NCBI RefSeq assembly: GCF_036365525.1
Contig: NC_090404.1
Location: forward strand, 4,030,001-4,094,000
DNA length: 64,000 nt
Origin: Heterodontus francisci
Lineage: Eukaryota
Direction: 5' to 3'
Part shown: piece by piece, positions 50,241 to 62,009 of the stretch
How positions within the stretch are numbered: position 1 is the stretch's first letter
Layout: every line of letters begins with the position of its first letter
Notes under the pieces: model-generated
The model's input: the letters and a program-made list of their open reading frames with translations, nothing else
Database searches by the model: none
Told to the model about the DNA's origin: nothing
Made by a program: the position numbers and the translations under genes

Positions 50241-51161
50241 ATGGCAGCCAGTGTAGTGTATTGCTCCTCCTGCAGAATGTTCGAGGTGAGGGAAACCTCC
50301 GGTGGCCCTGCCGACTTCACCTGCTGGAAGTGCATCCGTCTCCAGCTCCTATCAGACCGTGTTAGGGAATTGGAGCTGGAGCTGGATGAACTGAGGATCA
50401 TTCGGGAAGCTGAGGGGTTGATAGATAGAAGCTACACGGAGGTCGTTACTCCACAAATCAAAGGCAGCTGGGTAACAGTTAGAGGTGGGAAGAGGTCAGT
50501 GCAGGGATCTCCTGTGGTCGTTCCCCTCAACAACAAGTATACAGTTTTAGATACTGTTGGGGGGGACGGCCTATCGGGGGCAGGCTGCAGTGACCGGGCC
50601 TCTGGCACGGGGTCCTGCACTGTGGCTCAGAAGGGAAGGAGGGAGAATGGGAGAGCACTAGTCATCGGGGACTCGATGGTGAGGAGTACGGACAGGCGGT
50701 TCTGTGGGCGCAGGCGAGACGCACGGATGGTTTGTTGCCTCCCTGGTGCCAGGGTCCGTGATGTTTGTGATCGCGTCTTCATGATCCTTAAAGGGGAGGG
50801 GGAGCAGCCAGAGGTCGTGGTGCACATTGGCACCAACGACGTAGGAAGGAAGGGTGGCACAGATGTTAGAAGTGAGTTTAGGGAGTTAGGCTGGAAGCTG
50901 AAAGCTCGGACGGACAGAGTTGTTATCTCTGGTTTGTTGCCGGCGCCACGTGATAGTGAGGCTAGGAATAGGGAGAGAGCACAGCTGAACACGTGGCTGC
51001 AGGAATGGTGTAGGAGGGAGGGCTTCCAGTTCTTGGATAATTGGACTGCATTCTGGGGAAGATGGGACCTGTTCAAACAGGACGGGCTGCATCTGAACCA
51101 GAGGGGCACCAATATCCTGGGAGGGAGGTTTGCTAGTACTGTTCGGGAGGGTTTAAACTAG
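50241..51161 (+). CDS. CR1 ORF1p (copy B), 306 aa
   Basis: Three amino-acid differences from copy A ORF1. Confidence 0.93.
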   Translation: MAASVVYCSSCRMFEVRETSGGPADFTCWKCIRLQLLSDRVRELELELDELRIIREAEGLIDRSYTEVVTPQIKGSWVTVRGGKRSVQGSPVVVPLNNKYTVLDTVGGDGLSGAGCSDRASGTGSCTVAQKGRRENGRALVIGDSMVRSTDRRFCGRRRDARMVCCLPGARVRDVCDRVFMILKGEGEQPEVVVHIGTNDVGRKGGTDVRSEFRELGWKLKARTDRVVISGLLPAPRDSEARNRERAQLNTWLQEWCRREGFQFLDNWTAFWGRWDLFKQDGLHLNQRGTNILGGRFASTVREGLN

Positions 51162-54054
51162 TTTGGGAGGGGGATGGGAACCGGACTTGTAATCCAGGGA
51201 CCAGTGGGTCCACTCAGAAAGACAAAGAGTGTAGTGAGGTATTGGGGAAGGTAGCACTGTCACAGAGGACAGATGGGCACGGAGAAGGGTTAAAGTGCGT
51301 ATACTTCAACGCAAGAAGCATCAGGAATAAGGTGAGTGAATTGAAGGCGTGGATGGGCACTTGGGACTACGATGTTGTGGCCATCACTGAAACGTGGATA
51401 GGTGAGGGGGAGGAATGGTTTTTGGAGGTACCTGGTTATAGATGTTTTCATAAGATTAGGAATGGTGGTAAAAGAGGTGGGGGGGGGTGGCATTGTTAGT
51501 TAGAAATAGTGTAACAACTGCTGAAAGAATTTTCGAGGAGGATCTGCCGACTGAGGCACTGTGGGTTGAGGTCAGGAACAGGAAAGGAGCAGTCACCTTG
51601 ATGGGAGTTTTCTATAGGCCCCCCAATAGCAGCAGGGAGGTGGAAGAGCAGATTGGGAAACAGATTTTGGAAAGGAGCAGAAGTCACAGGGTAGTAATTA
51701 TGGGGGATTTCAACTTCCCAAATATTGATTGGCAACTCTTTAGATCGAATAGTTTGGATGGGGTAGTGTTTGTGCAGTATGTCCAGGAAGCTTTTCTGAC
51801 TCAGTATGTAGACTGCCCGACCAGAGGGGAGGCAATATTGGATTTGGTACTAGGTAATGAACCAGGGCAAGTGATAGAGCTGTTGGTGGGCGAGCACTTT
51901 GGAGATAGTGATCACAATTCTGTAGCATTCACTGTGGTAATGGAGAGGGATAGGTATGTGCAACAGGGCAAGGTTTACAATTGGGGGAAGGGTAGATATG
52001 ATGCTGTCAGGCAGGAACTGAGGAGCATAAGTTGGGAGCATATGCTGGCAGGGAAGGGCACGGTCGAAATGTGGAACTTTTTCAAGGAGCAGATAGTAGG
52101 GGCCATTGATAAGCATGTCCCTGTCAGACAGGGAAGGGATGGTCATGTGAGGGAACCGTGGTTGACAAGAGAGGTTGAGAGTCTTGTTAGGAAGAAGAAG
52201 GATGCGTATATAAAGTTGAGGAAAAAGGGCACAGGCATAGCTCTGGAGGGATACAAGATGGCCAGGAAGGATCTGAAGAAAGGGATTAGGAGAGCTAAGA
52301 GAGGGCATGAAAAATGCTTGGCGGGTAGGATAAAAGAAAACCCCAAGGCCTTTTACGCGTATGTCAGAAATATGAGGATGACTAGGGGGACCGTAGGTCC
52401 GGTCAAGGACAATAGCGGGAGACTGTGTGTTGAGCCGGAAGAGATAAGTGAGGTTTTGAATGAGTACTTCTCTTCGGTATTTACGAATGAGAAGGGGTGT
52501 ATTACTGAAGAGGACGGTGTGAAACAGACTGGTAAGCTCGAGGAAGTGCTCGTTAGGAGGGAAGATGTGTTGCGGTTTTTGAATAACTTGAAGATAGACA
52601 AGTCTCCCGGGCCTGACGGGGTATATCCAAGGATGTTATGGGAAGCAAGGGATGAAATTGCAGAGCCGCTGGCAATGATCTTTTCATCTTCTCTGCTGAC
52701 GGGGGTGGTACCAGGTGATTGGAGGGTGGCAAATGTTGTGCCCCTGTTCAAGAAAGGGAATAGGAACAACCCTGGGAATTACAGGCCAGTTAGTCTTACT
52801 TCGGTGGTAGGCAAGTTGATGGAAAAGGTGCTGAGGGATAGGATTTCTGAGCATCTGGAAAGACACTGCTTGATTCGGGACAGTCAGCACGGTTTTGTGA
52901 GGGGTAGGTCTTGCCTCACAAGCCTGATTGAATTCTTTGAGCAGGTGACCAAGCAAGTGGATGAGGGTAAACCAGTGGATGTGGTGTACATGGATTTTAG
53001 TAAGGCATTTGATAAGGTCCCCCATGGTAGACTTATGGAGAAAGTCAGGAGGCATGGGATAGTGGGGAATGTGGCCAGTTGGATTAAGAATTGGCTAACT
53101 GATAGAAGGCAGAGAGTGGTCTTAGATGGTAAATACTCAGCCTGGAGCCCAGTTACCAGTGGCGTGCCGCAGGGATCAGTTCTAGGTCCTCTCCTGTTTG
53201 TGATTTTTATTAACGACTTGGATGAGGAAGTCGAAGGGTGGGTCAGTAAATTTGCAGATGATACAAAGGTTGGTGGAGTTGTGGATACCGAGGAGGGCTA
53301 TTGTCGTCTGCAAAGGGACTTGGATAGGTTGCAGTGCTGGGCTGAAAAGTGGCAGATGGAGTTTAACCCTGAAAAGTGTGAGGTCGTCCATTTTGGAAGG
53401 ACAAACATGAATGCAAAATACTGGGTTAACGGTAGGGTTCTTGGGCATGTGGAGGAGCAGAGAGACCTTGGGGTCTATGTGCATAGATCATTGAAAGTTG
53501 CAACTCAAGTGGATAGGGCTGTGAAGAAGGCATATGGGGTGTTAGCGTTCATTAGCAGAGGGATTGAATTTAAGAGCCGTGAGGTGATGATGCAGCTGTA
53601 CAGGACCTTGGTAAGGCCTCATTTGGAGTACTGTGTGCAGTTCTGGTCGCCTCATTTTAGGAAGGATGTGGAAGCCTTGGAGAGGGTGCAGAGGAGATTT
53701 ACCAGGATGTTGCCTGGAATGGAGAATAAGTCTTACGAGGAAAGGCTGAACATTCTAGGCCTCTTCTCATTAGAAAGGAGAAGGATGAGGGGTGACATGA
53801 TAGAGGTTTATAAGATGATCAGGGGAATAGATAGGGTAGACAGTCAGAAACTTTTTCCCCGGGTGGAGCAAAGCGTTACAAGGGGTCATAAATTTAAGGT
53901 GAAGGGTGGGAGATATAAGGGGGATGTCAGGGGAAGGTTCTTTACCCAGAGAGTGGTCGAGGCATGGAATGCCTTGCCCGGGGAAGTTGTTGAGTCAGAA
54001 ACTTTAGGGACTTTCAAAAGGCTTTTGGATAGGTATATGGATAAAGGAGAATGA
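51158..54054 (+). pseudogene. CR1 ORF2 (copy B) with a +2 G frameshift in a homopolymer at about 51479-51487
   Basis: G9 here versus G7 in copy A; otherwise open; could be a sequencing error. Confidence 0.85.
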
Positions 54055-55535
54055 TGGGGTATAGATTAAATTGTCCTTGACAGAGGACAAAGGATCGGCA
54101 CAACATTGTGGGCCGAAGGGCCTGTTCTGTGCTGTATGTTCTATGTTCTATGTTCTATGTTCTATGTTCTATGATGTGCGAGGCAAACTCTTTACACAGA
54201 GGGTGGTGAGTGCCTGGAACCTGCTGCCGGGGGAGGTGGTGGAAGCAGGTACGATAGTGACGTTGAAGAGGCATCTTGACAAATGCACTAATAGGATGGG
54301 AATAGAGGGATACGGTCCCCGGATGTGCAGAAGGTTTTAGTTTAGACAAGCATTGTTCATTTTTCTTTGAATTGTGCCTCCTTCTTTGTCTAATAGGCTT
54401 CAGGATCAGGAAGTCATTCCCAGGGGTTGTCCTCTCTGATGTATTCGATAGTCCCTTGAATGTGGGCTCCCTGTTGTGGAAAATGGACCCCAGGCTCTTG
54501 GGATAATTCCCAGCATTTATTCTTAATGGTCTATCGTTCCAGATATTCATTAGTCTTGAGGAATCATTCCCAGGGTTTATTGTCTCTCGTGTCTGTGTTA
54601 TATTTCTAACCTGGTCAGTGCCTGCCCTGGGAGCGTTTGCTGGTGCAGTGTAGAGGGAGCTTTACTGTGTATCTAACCCGGGCTGTGCCTGCCCTGAGAG
54701 TGTGTTTTGCGGCAGTGTGAAGGGAGCTGTCCTCTGCATTATCCCGTAAACTACCTATCCTGGGAGTGTTTGATGGACAGTATTCTTTCATATACTACAC
54801 TGCTCTTTAATGCAACCTGGCACCTGACTGTGACAGACCATGGGAGGTGCTCCTCTTCGCTGTGCGGCCATTCCGACCCTGGGCATTGGCATTTTGAGGC
54901 AGAAGGAAAGGTGGCTATATTCTGATGAGCCACTGGATGGCACAGCAGCACCATCACCGAAAGACTTTTGGTTCAAACACAAACCAGACAGGACTGGTGG
55001 AAAACAGCTGTCAGGAAAAGGGAAAATGTGTAATCGGTAAAATGGAGCGTGTGAATGGGCCTTGGAGCAGGGAATTGAGCAAAGTCAAGTTAGTCCATTT
55101 GTTACTCAAGATTTATTCACAATTTCAAAAAAAACATTTTACAGAAACATTTTTAAAGGGTCCAAAGTGAATTTAGCACCTGTGAGTCACATTGAGGACA
55201 AAACACATGCGATCTGAGCTGTAGACTACTTCTAAAATTGTTACAGATCAGAGAGAAAACAGGGGCTCAACATAAAGAGAAGGAAACAGTTGCAAATAAG
55301 GGATAGTTATTTATTTACAGATGAAATTCAAACTATTGTGAAACTCGAAGGTGCATAGACATTATCGGTAAGATTATCTGACACAATTCAAAGAGAAAAA
55401 CGGAAACAATGTTTATGATCTTCTCAGCTACAGATTCTGAACCATAAACTGACGGCAATTTACTTTTACAGTTTGTTTGATAATGCAGAGATGTTAAAAA
55501 ATAAGGAAAATCCAGGGCGGCCGAAATTCGATCGA

Positions 55536-55544
55536 TCACTTAAC
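55536..55544 (-). CDS. IGHM: IgM membrane exon TM2 (VK*)
   Basis: ttttacag|GTT AAG TGA; AATAAA signals downstream at about 55310 and 55112. Confidence 0.92.
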   Translation of the reverse strand, partial: VK

Positions 55545-55676
55545 CTGTAAAAGAGGGATAAAAGAATGAAGCAGAGATTTCGTGGTCTTGGACATTCATC
55601 TCAGAACGATGACATTTTAGAGATTTGTTAAACAGCTTCATTTAATTTGAAATGTGAGTGGATTGAATATTCTCAC

Positions 55677-55804
55677 CTTCACCAGAGTGACGGCAGCGCT
55701 GTAAAAAATGCTCAGGAAGAACAGGATGATGAATGTGGAAGCGGTTGTCCAGATGTTGCCGCTCTCTTCCTCATTGTCTTCAATCCAGATGTGGCCTGAG
55801 TAAT
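55677..55804 (-). CDS. IGHM: IgM membrane exon TM1
   Basis: (D)[42 protein letters not shown]|gtgag; CART motif. Confidence 0.96.
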
Positions 55805-56279
55805 CTTCGGGTTTTTAGAGGAGAAATATATTTAGATCGTTCATTAATCCAGGATATAAGATTGTCAATTTGCACTCGCAGAGTTCTTCCTTAAGCCATT
55901 ATTTTGCTCTCTAATTTAATTTTCAATTTGTATCCATTGTGAAGTTAATCACTCTCAGCAATCTACCTCTGTTACTAACCCCACAGCCATTCTTCCCATA
56001 TGATCCTCGTCCAGGCCCTGTTGGAAAATATGATATTTCTTTCTTCAGGGTCAGGCGCTATTCTAGTCTGGATCAATCTTGTTCTATCATTCGGGATATC
56101 GATGGAATTTTACTGATCAATATCGATAGTTTTGAGATTTTCATTGGTGCTGGGTAAGAGATTGGATGCAAGTTCTAATCTTGTTTATTTGTGATGGAAG
56201 TTGTTGGTCAATCATTAACTGACCTCAGTTTCTAAGTGAAAACTTTGCTTCACTGTGTTTGTAGGTCCAACATGTATGA

Positions 56280-57290
56280 GGGAATATGTTGGAAAAGGTG
56301 CCCATTCAAACAGTGCATTTGAATGCAACTTTCACATATCGCCTGGTGCTTTTATTTGTACGCTTTAATACATGTGTATGTGTGCATAAGTATCTGTTAC
56401 TTTGCATCACTCAGTGCGTGTCCATGGCTTGTGTGTGTGAGATTTAATGTATGTTTTAATGCATTTCTTTGTGCACCCGCCTGTGAATGTATCAATGTGC
56501 GTATTTATATCTTGATGCCTGTGTGTTGTGTCCCTGTATGTTAGTATGTGCTTATGTGCCAATGTGTATCAATGTGTGTTTTCAAGTGGCCGCGTGTGTG
56601 TGTATGTGCATGTGCGTGTGTATAAAATATATCATCCTTAATGTTTTGTCTTCATTCATCCATGTGTGTGCATGAGCATGATAATGTTTGTTTTTGTGTG
56701 TGGTTTGGTCCCCATGCGTGCTTCATGTTGTGAGCATTTGTGTTGACAGATGTCTTTATGTTTTCCTGTGCGTCAATGTGTGTTTATGTTTCCATGTGTG
56801 CGTATGCGTTTGTTAATGTTTGTTTTTGTGTGCTTCTGTCCCCATAAGTGTGATAATGCGTCTGCTTTTGTGTTGATGTCTACGTTTATGCATTAATATG
56901 TGTGATTATGTGTACATGTGTGCTAATGTGTGTGTTATGTGCATGTTTTTGCATCCATGTATGTGTCATAATGTTAATGTTGGTGTCTATTTGTGTGTGA
57001 GTGATCGTGTTAATGTGTCTGTTTAAATGTTTGTGTGCAGATGTGTTTGTCTGTTAATGTGCGAGTATGTTTCCATCTAGCTGTGTTTATGTCTATGATA
57101 ATGAAAGCTTTTCCGTCTATGTTTCTGTGTTTGTGAGACTGTACTAATGTGTACATTTATGTTTATTTTTGCGTGGGTGACTGTGAAGTGTTTATATCTG
57201 CGTTTGAGTCTGTTTGTGTGTGTAGGTGTAAGTGTGTGGTTGTGCATTTGAGTGTGTTTATGTGTGTGTTTTTGTCTGTGTGCCTGTGCA
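56280..57290. repeat. TG-rich low-complexity tract in the CH4-TM1 intron
   Basis: Degenerate (TG)n. Confidence 0.85.
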
Positions 57291-57461
57291 TCTTTATTCT
57301 TGTTCAAAGTTTTACAGAGAATAAATAACCGGGTCTGACCCTGACCGTGTGCATTATGGAGAATATTCTTCACTGTTCTGTGTATAAATGTATTCTGTGC
57401 GAGATGTCATCTGACATCATCTGAATGACTGTAACAATGCAACTGATGGATAAAAAAGAAG

Positions 57462-57610
57462 TTCTGGAAATACTCAGCAGGTCAGACAGCAGCTGTGGAC
57501 AGAGAAGCAGAATTAACGTTTCAGGTCGGTGCCCTTTTCACACACCTGAAATGTTAACTCTTCTTCTCTCTCCACAGATGCTGCCTGACCTGCTGAGTAT
57601 TTAAGCATTT
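57462..57610. repeat. Inverted repeat of two Penelope-end fragments
   Basis: aaatactcagcaggtcag...ttaacgtttcaggt / acctgaaatgttaac...ctgacctgctgagtattt. Confidence 0.8.
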
Positions 57611-58573
57611 TCTGTTTTTATTTCAGATTTCCCCTATCTGCAATATTTTGCTTTTATTTCCATGAAACTGATGGGCCACAGAAACATCAGGAACAGGAGA
57701 TGATTAAATCTTCAGCTAGATTTAGATGATTATGTTATTAGAATTTAACAGGAAACCGTGAATGATATTACGTTACATAAATATATATTTTACAATGTGA
57801 TTCCCATGTGGAAAGTTTAAAATCTTCGCACACTGCGCTCGAAGCCGACTTTGTACTGATGGCATTTGAGTCCATTTAATAGAGAGCAGGGGGAGTGGGA
57901 GTATAAGGTTTACAAATGTCCTTGCCCCTTTTTCTGTTGGAGGAAATGTGGCGAGGAGCTACAGTCAGTTCACAATTCTCTTTCCCGTCTGTCTGTTGCA
58001 GAAGTACCGTTGCAGTGGATTCACAAGTACCCTTTCCTCTTCTCTGTTTGGGAAGTGGGGTGCAGTGTTTTAGTAAATTCCTCTTCCCCCTCTTTCTGAT
58101 GGGGGATTTTGGGAAGATTTCGTATTCGTGTGTGGCCATCACTTCAGTTCCCAGTGCGCATGATGCTGCAACTAAAAACTGACCCTATTCTGAAGGGATG
58201 GCCAACACGAGAAGCAGGTACACCGAGATCTAAATGCACTGCGTATTTTTGTTGGTAAGGAGAAATGTCCAGATTCCCCATCTCCTCCTTCCCGGCCCCC
58301 CACCCCTGTCCCCCTCTAATGCTCCCCACCGCCTCCCCCTCCTCCAACAGGAGGAAAGTTGCTGAAATACTTCCACAGAATCCAATAATGAATCAGGTTT
58401 ACTCTGTGAATTATTATGTGCTGGAAACACTGGTTGTAGAAGACTTGGGCCCGAGACCTGCAAATATCATGCTTTGATGAAAAGACCTACACTTAGCAAA
58501 TGTGGGAAGCACAATTAATTGAGCTGTTGTGTATTTAAATCGCGATTGGAAGAAAAGGTCTTTGTTGTGTTTT

Positions 58574-58579
58574 TTTATT
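58574..58579 (-). terminator. Poly(A) signal of secretory IgM mRNA
   Basis: AATAAA on minus strand about 30 nt after the secretory stop. Confidence 0.8.
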
Positions 58580-58607
58580 TAAGAATTGAAATGCAATCGA
58601 GAAATTC

Positions 58608-59002
58608 TCATTGACATGAATTAACGGTGTCCAACAGTGCAAGGGAAATGTTCACAAAACTCGGTTTACCGCTGGATTTATTAACTGTTCTGTTGATGAT
58701 CTTCAAGGGGATCGCTTCATGTCCCACCACACAGGAGTAAGAAGCGCCGCTGGCCCACTCCTCCGCTGCAATGGATAACAGGCTGTAGATGAAGAAGGAG
58801 CTATTGTCGTTCTCCGCCATCACCTCGGTGTTCTTGTAGTTGCCGGGATTCACCGACTTGTCATTGACAGTCCACTTGACGAAGATCTCTCGGGGGGAGA
58901 AACCTCGCACTAAGCAGGTGAGGGAGAGGAACCTCTCAGCGGAGACTTCTTCTGCTGGGGGCAGGAGAACAGACACAGACGGTTCCCGCAGATCTTTCCA
59001 TG
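58608..59002 (-). CDS. IGHM: IgM CH4 + secretory tailpiece (internal donor for the membrane form after 58670)
   Basis: ttttcag|(A)[15 protein letters not shown]...[10 protein letters not shown]...[15 protein letters not shown]...[22 protein letters not shown]; NIS glycan site, penultimate Cys, G|GTAAA donor. Confidence 0.97.
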
Positions 59003-59472
59003 CTGAAAAATTAAAATAAATGTCAATAAACTGGACAATTTCAGAGACAATGACACCGGTTGTTAAATGTGAGAGAAATTGTGAAGGTTTTCCTTTTCCT
59101 CTCTGGGGCCTGTGCTGTTTTCCAGCTGGCGCAGAGGCGCTGCAATCCTGCTCGCCGAGAACATAAAGGATTTGACTGGAAAATTACATAGAACTTGCAG
59201 CACAGGAGCAGGCCATTAGGACGAGCTAGCCTCTGCTGGTGTTTATGCTGCACACGGACCTCCTCCCACCTTACTTCAGCTCTTTCTATTCCTTTCTCCA
59301 TAATCTACGTATCTAGCATCACCTGAAATGCATCACCTCTGGCCCCAGGGAGGTTCAATAGTGAATTACAATTAAATTATCAGCGTAATCCATTCAACCA
59401 CTTAATTGGGCCTTGCACAAACACCGGCAAGAAGCACAACCTCTGACTTATTGCTTCAATCACATTGCTCAC

Positions 59473-59778
59473 CTTCCTTGTGGATGGAATCTCTGAGAGG
59501 AGTCGGCAGATCCTGATGGCTCACCACACAGTAGAACACAGCCTCACTCAGCCAGGCTTGTGTCGAGATGTCTACAGTGCTGATCACGCTATCAGGATCC
59601 TCTCCGGGTTGGACGGCAATCTCTGATTTCAAAGGCTTCTGTTCTTGTGTCCAGGACACGTTGACACCATAAGGAGCATTAGACACGACGCAGGTTAAGG
59701 TGACCGTCGCCTCCAGTAAGACCTGTTCTATTGATGGTGGCAGTAGTTTAATTACTGGATGATTGCACTCGGAAGAAT
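59473..59778 (-). CDS. IGHM: IgM CH3 exon
   Basis: ctacag|(D)[15 protein letters not shown]...LTCVVS...[22 protein letters not shown]|gtgag; 306 nt, phase 1. Confidence 0.96.
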
Positions 59779-60284
59779 CTGTAGAACAGAAATGAGAGTC
59801 AAAGAAATCTCCATCTTCAGGATCAGGACGCGAGTATTTAACTATCACTTTCTTCAGGAGGGGAAAAACACCTTTCACTTCAACACTGTCGTTCATGGGA
59901 AGGGCAACGATTTGTAAAATCTGGGACATCCAAGCGGATCACATCTCTGCTGAATATAATGGCTCTGTCACCCGAGGACATGAGCTACACATGAAATTCA
60001 TACTGGCTCAAAACGAATGAAATTACGAATTTTAGGACCAACTGGAAACAAAGTTAATGTTCTGGTGCCTTGTCAGTATATTTGGGGAGATGAAAATGTT
60101 CAGCAACCAGTCAGAGGAGGGGCGAAAGGTCGGTAAAATGCAGTCCCAAGGTTTTTGCTTTTGTGTGGTGAGGAATAATTCGCAATACTGGACGAGATAG
60201 TTTTCTAATATCTGCCACGAGTGAGTATTTCTCATGTGTCCGCCTGGAGATAGAAGGCGATCTGACCACAGGACTGTAATAAGA

Positions 60285-60820
60285 GCATAAGAATAAGAGT
60301 GGGCCATTCAGCCCCTCGAGCACGTTCCGCCATTCAATTACACGATGGCTGAATTGTATCTTAATTCTGTTTACCCATATATAACCCTTAATACCCTTAC
60401 CTGTCAGAAATCTATCACTCGCAACATTAAAGTTTTCAATGGATGTCAAGCTTCTAAAGTGAGTTGGGGGTGAGAATTCCAGATTACCGCTATCTACTGT
60501 GTGAATACTCCCTTCATGATATCATTCCTGAATGACCATGGTCTAATCTGAAGGTTATGCCCCCTGGTTCTGAAGTTCCTCACCAGAGGAAATATTTTTC
60601 TCCATTGACTCCATCAATTCCAGTAAACATCTTAACCACCTCAATTAGATCACACTTTAATCTTCTATACTCAAAGCAATACCAGTTTGGCCTGTGAAAC
60701 CTGTCCTCATAACTTAACCCGATCAGCCCCGTTATCATTATGGTCAATTCTTGTTCCACCACTCCCAAGGCCAATACATTCTTCCTGTGCTCTGCAGTCC
60801 AGAATTGAACACAGTTTTCT
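60285..60820 (-). mobile_element. Decayed CR1 3' fragment in the CH2-CH3 intron
   Basis: LENCVQFW...SYEDRF...DLIEV. Confidence 0.75.
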
Positions 60821-61182
60821 AAAGAGGGTAGATGCTCTTTCTGGCACCTGATTCCGAGGCCGTTACCAAGAAAGGGTTCCAGATGCCGATTGCTGCTCCG
60901 TGTATGATTAGCCCATTCAGGAGAAAGCTGATATGCAGGCCACCTCACTCACTATATGACATCACAGTAGAGCTAAACATTCTTTCATGATGTGATGACA
61001 TGTTGAACCGTGAGCAATCCTAATTTCTAATTTCTAAATCCTAAACTCACAGCGAAATGACACATAAAAACTGCACGATGGCGATTTAGAAATTGTTCTT
61101 TGTACAAACTCCAATAAATTCCTGACTTTCAGTAACATGGAGTACAGAAAGATGTGGAGTTTCCTGGGACTGTGCCTCTTAC

Positions 61183-61500
61183 CTGGAGATCCGGTGATGT
61201 TTCGGCTTTGGGTGACCGCTTGATGGGAGACCTGGCAGGTATAGACCGTGTTGGTGAACCATTCCCGAGCGGGGACTGTCAGCCGACTGGTCGCTGAGAA
61301 GTTCCCGTTCGTTTCACAGGCGGGAGAGGTGACGAAGCCCGATTCCATGGGATGTCCATCCTTCAACCAACTCACGGTTATTGCTTCTGGATGGAAATCG
61401 ATGATTGAACACACGACAGTCGCAAATCTGCTGCTTCTGATTTCTTCACTGGAAGTCTGGGTGAGGATAACAGTTGGATGGACGATGTCACCTTTACAAT
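61183..61500 (-). CDS. IGHM: IgM CH2 exon
   Basis: ttgaag|(D)[14 protein letters not shown]...[20 protein letters not shown]...[21 protein letters not shown]|gtaag; 318 nt. Confidence 0.96.
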
Positions 61501-61712
61501 CTTCAAGAAAAAACATGTTAGACATTTCTAGAAGAACTTAATAACTAATACAAACTGTTCTGATATTTTAACAGGTGATTTGCATCAAGCAGGCACTAAC
61601 TGATGTTTCCAGGGGTCTGAACTGTGCACAACACTCTAAATGTGGAATAGCCAAAGTTCTACACAAGATCCTTCTCGCTTTTCTGTTTTTCCACAGTTTC
61701 CACAACACTAAC

Positions 61713-62009
61713 CTATAATTTCCTTGATCCAGAGCGACTCTCCGCGTCGAACCTCGCAGTAGATTTTGCTGCTTCCCACCTCTGACTCGGTGATGGTTAA
61801 TTGGCTGCTCAGGGTGTAGGTTCCCTTCTTGTTCAGCACTGACGGGTAAGTCTTCAAACCAGTGGTGATCGGTTCTTCACCTTTCTTCCAGGAAACGCTG
61901 GTGATTTGGGGGATGTAGTCCATCGCCAAACAGCCGTAGGCCATGGAGCCGTCGGTGTTGGGTTGTTCACAGGAGCACAGGCCGTAAAGGGTTGGGGGAG
62001 ACGGTGTCG
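61713..62009 (-). CDS. IGHM: IgM CH1 exon
   Basis: ttcctag|(A)[42 protein letters not shown]...[18 protein letters not shown]|gttag; 297 nt; resembles horn shark mu CH1. Confidence 0.97.

Larger units (their letters stand above)
49663..54172 (+). mobile_element. Full-length young CR1 (copy B), near-identical to copy A, about 1.9 monomers, TSD GATG(T)
   Basis: Same monomer, UTR, ORF1 and ORF2; GATGT at 49659-49663 and 54173-54177; about 5 tail units. Confidence 0.95.
45820..54350 (+). mobile_element. Older near-full-length CR1 (ORF1 about 45975-46894, broken ORF2) split at 49663 by young CR1 copy B
   Basis: CFTC/CKKC zinc finger, DGLHLN, APE and RT motifs with stops; host reads ...AAAGGGGATG|insert|GATGTGCGAGGCAAA... 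Confidence 0.9.
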
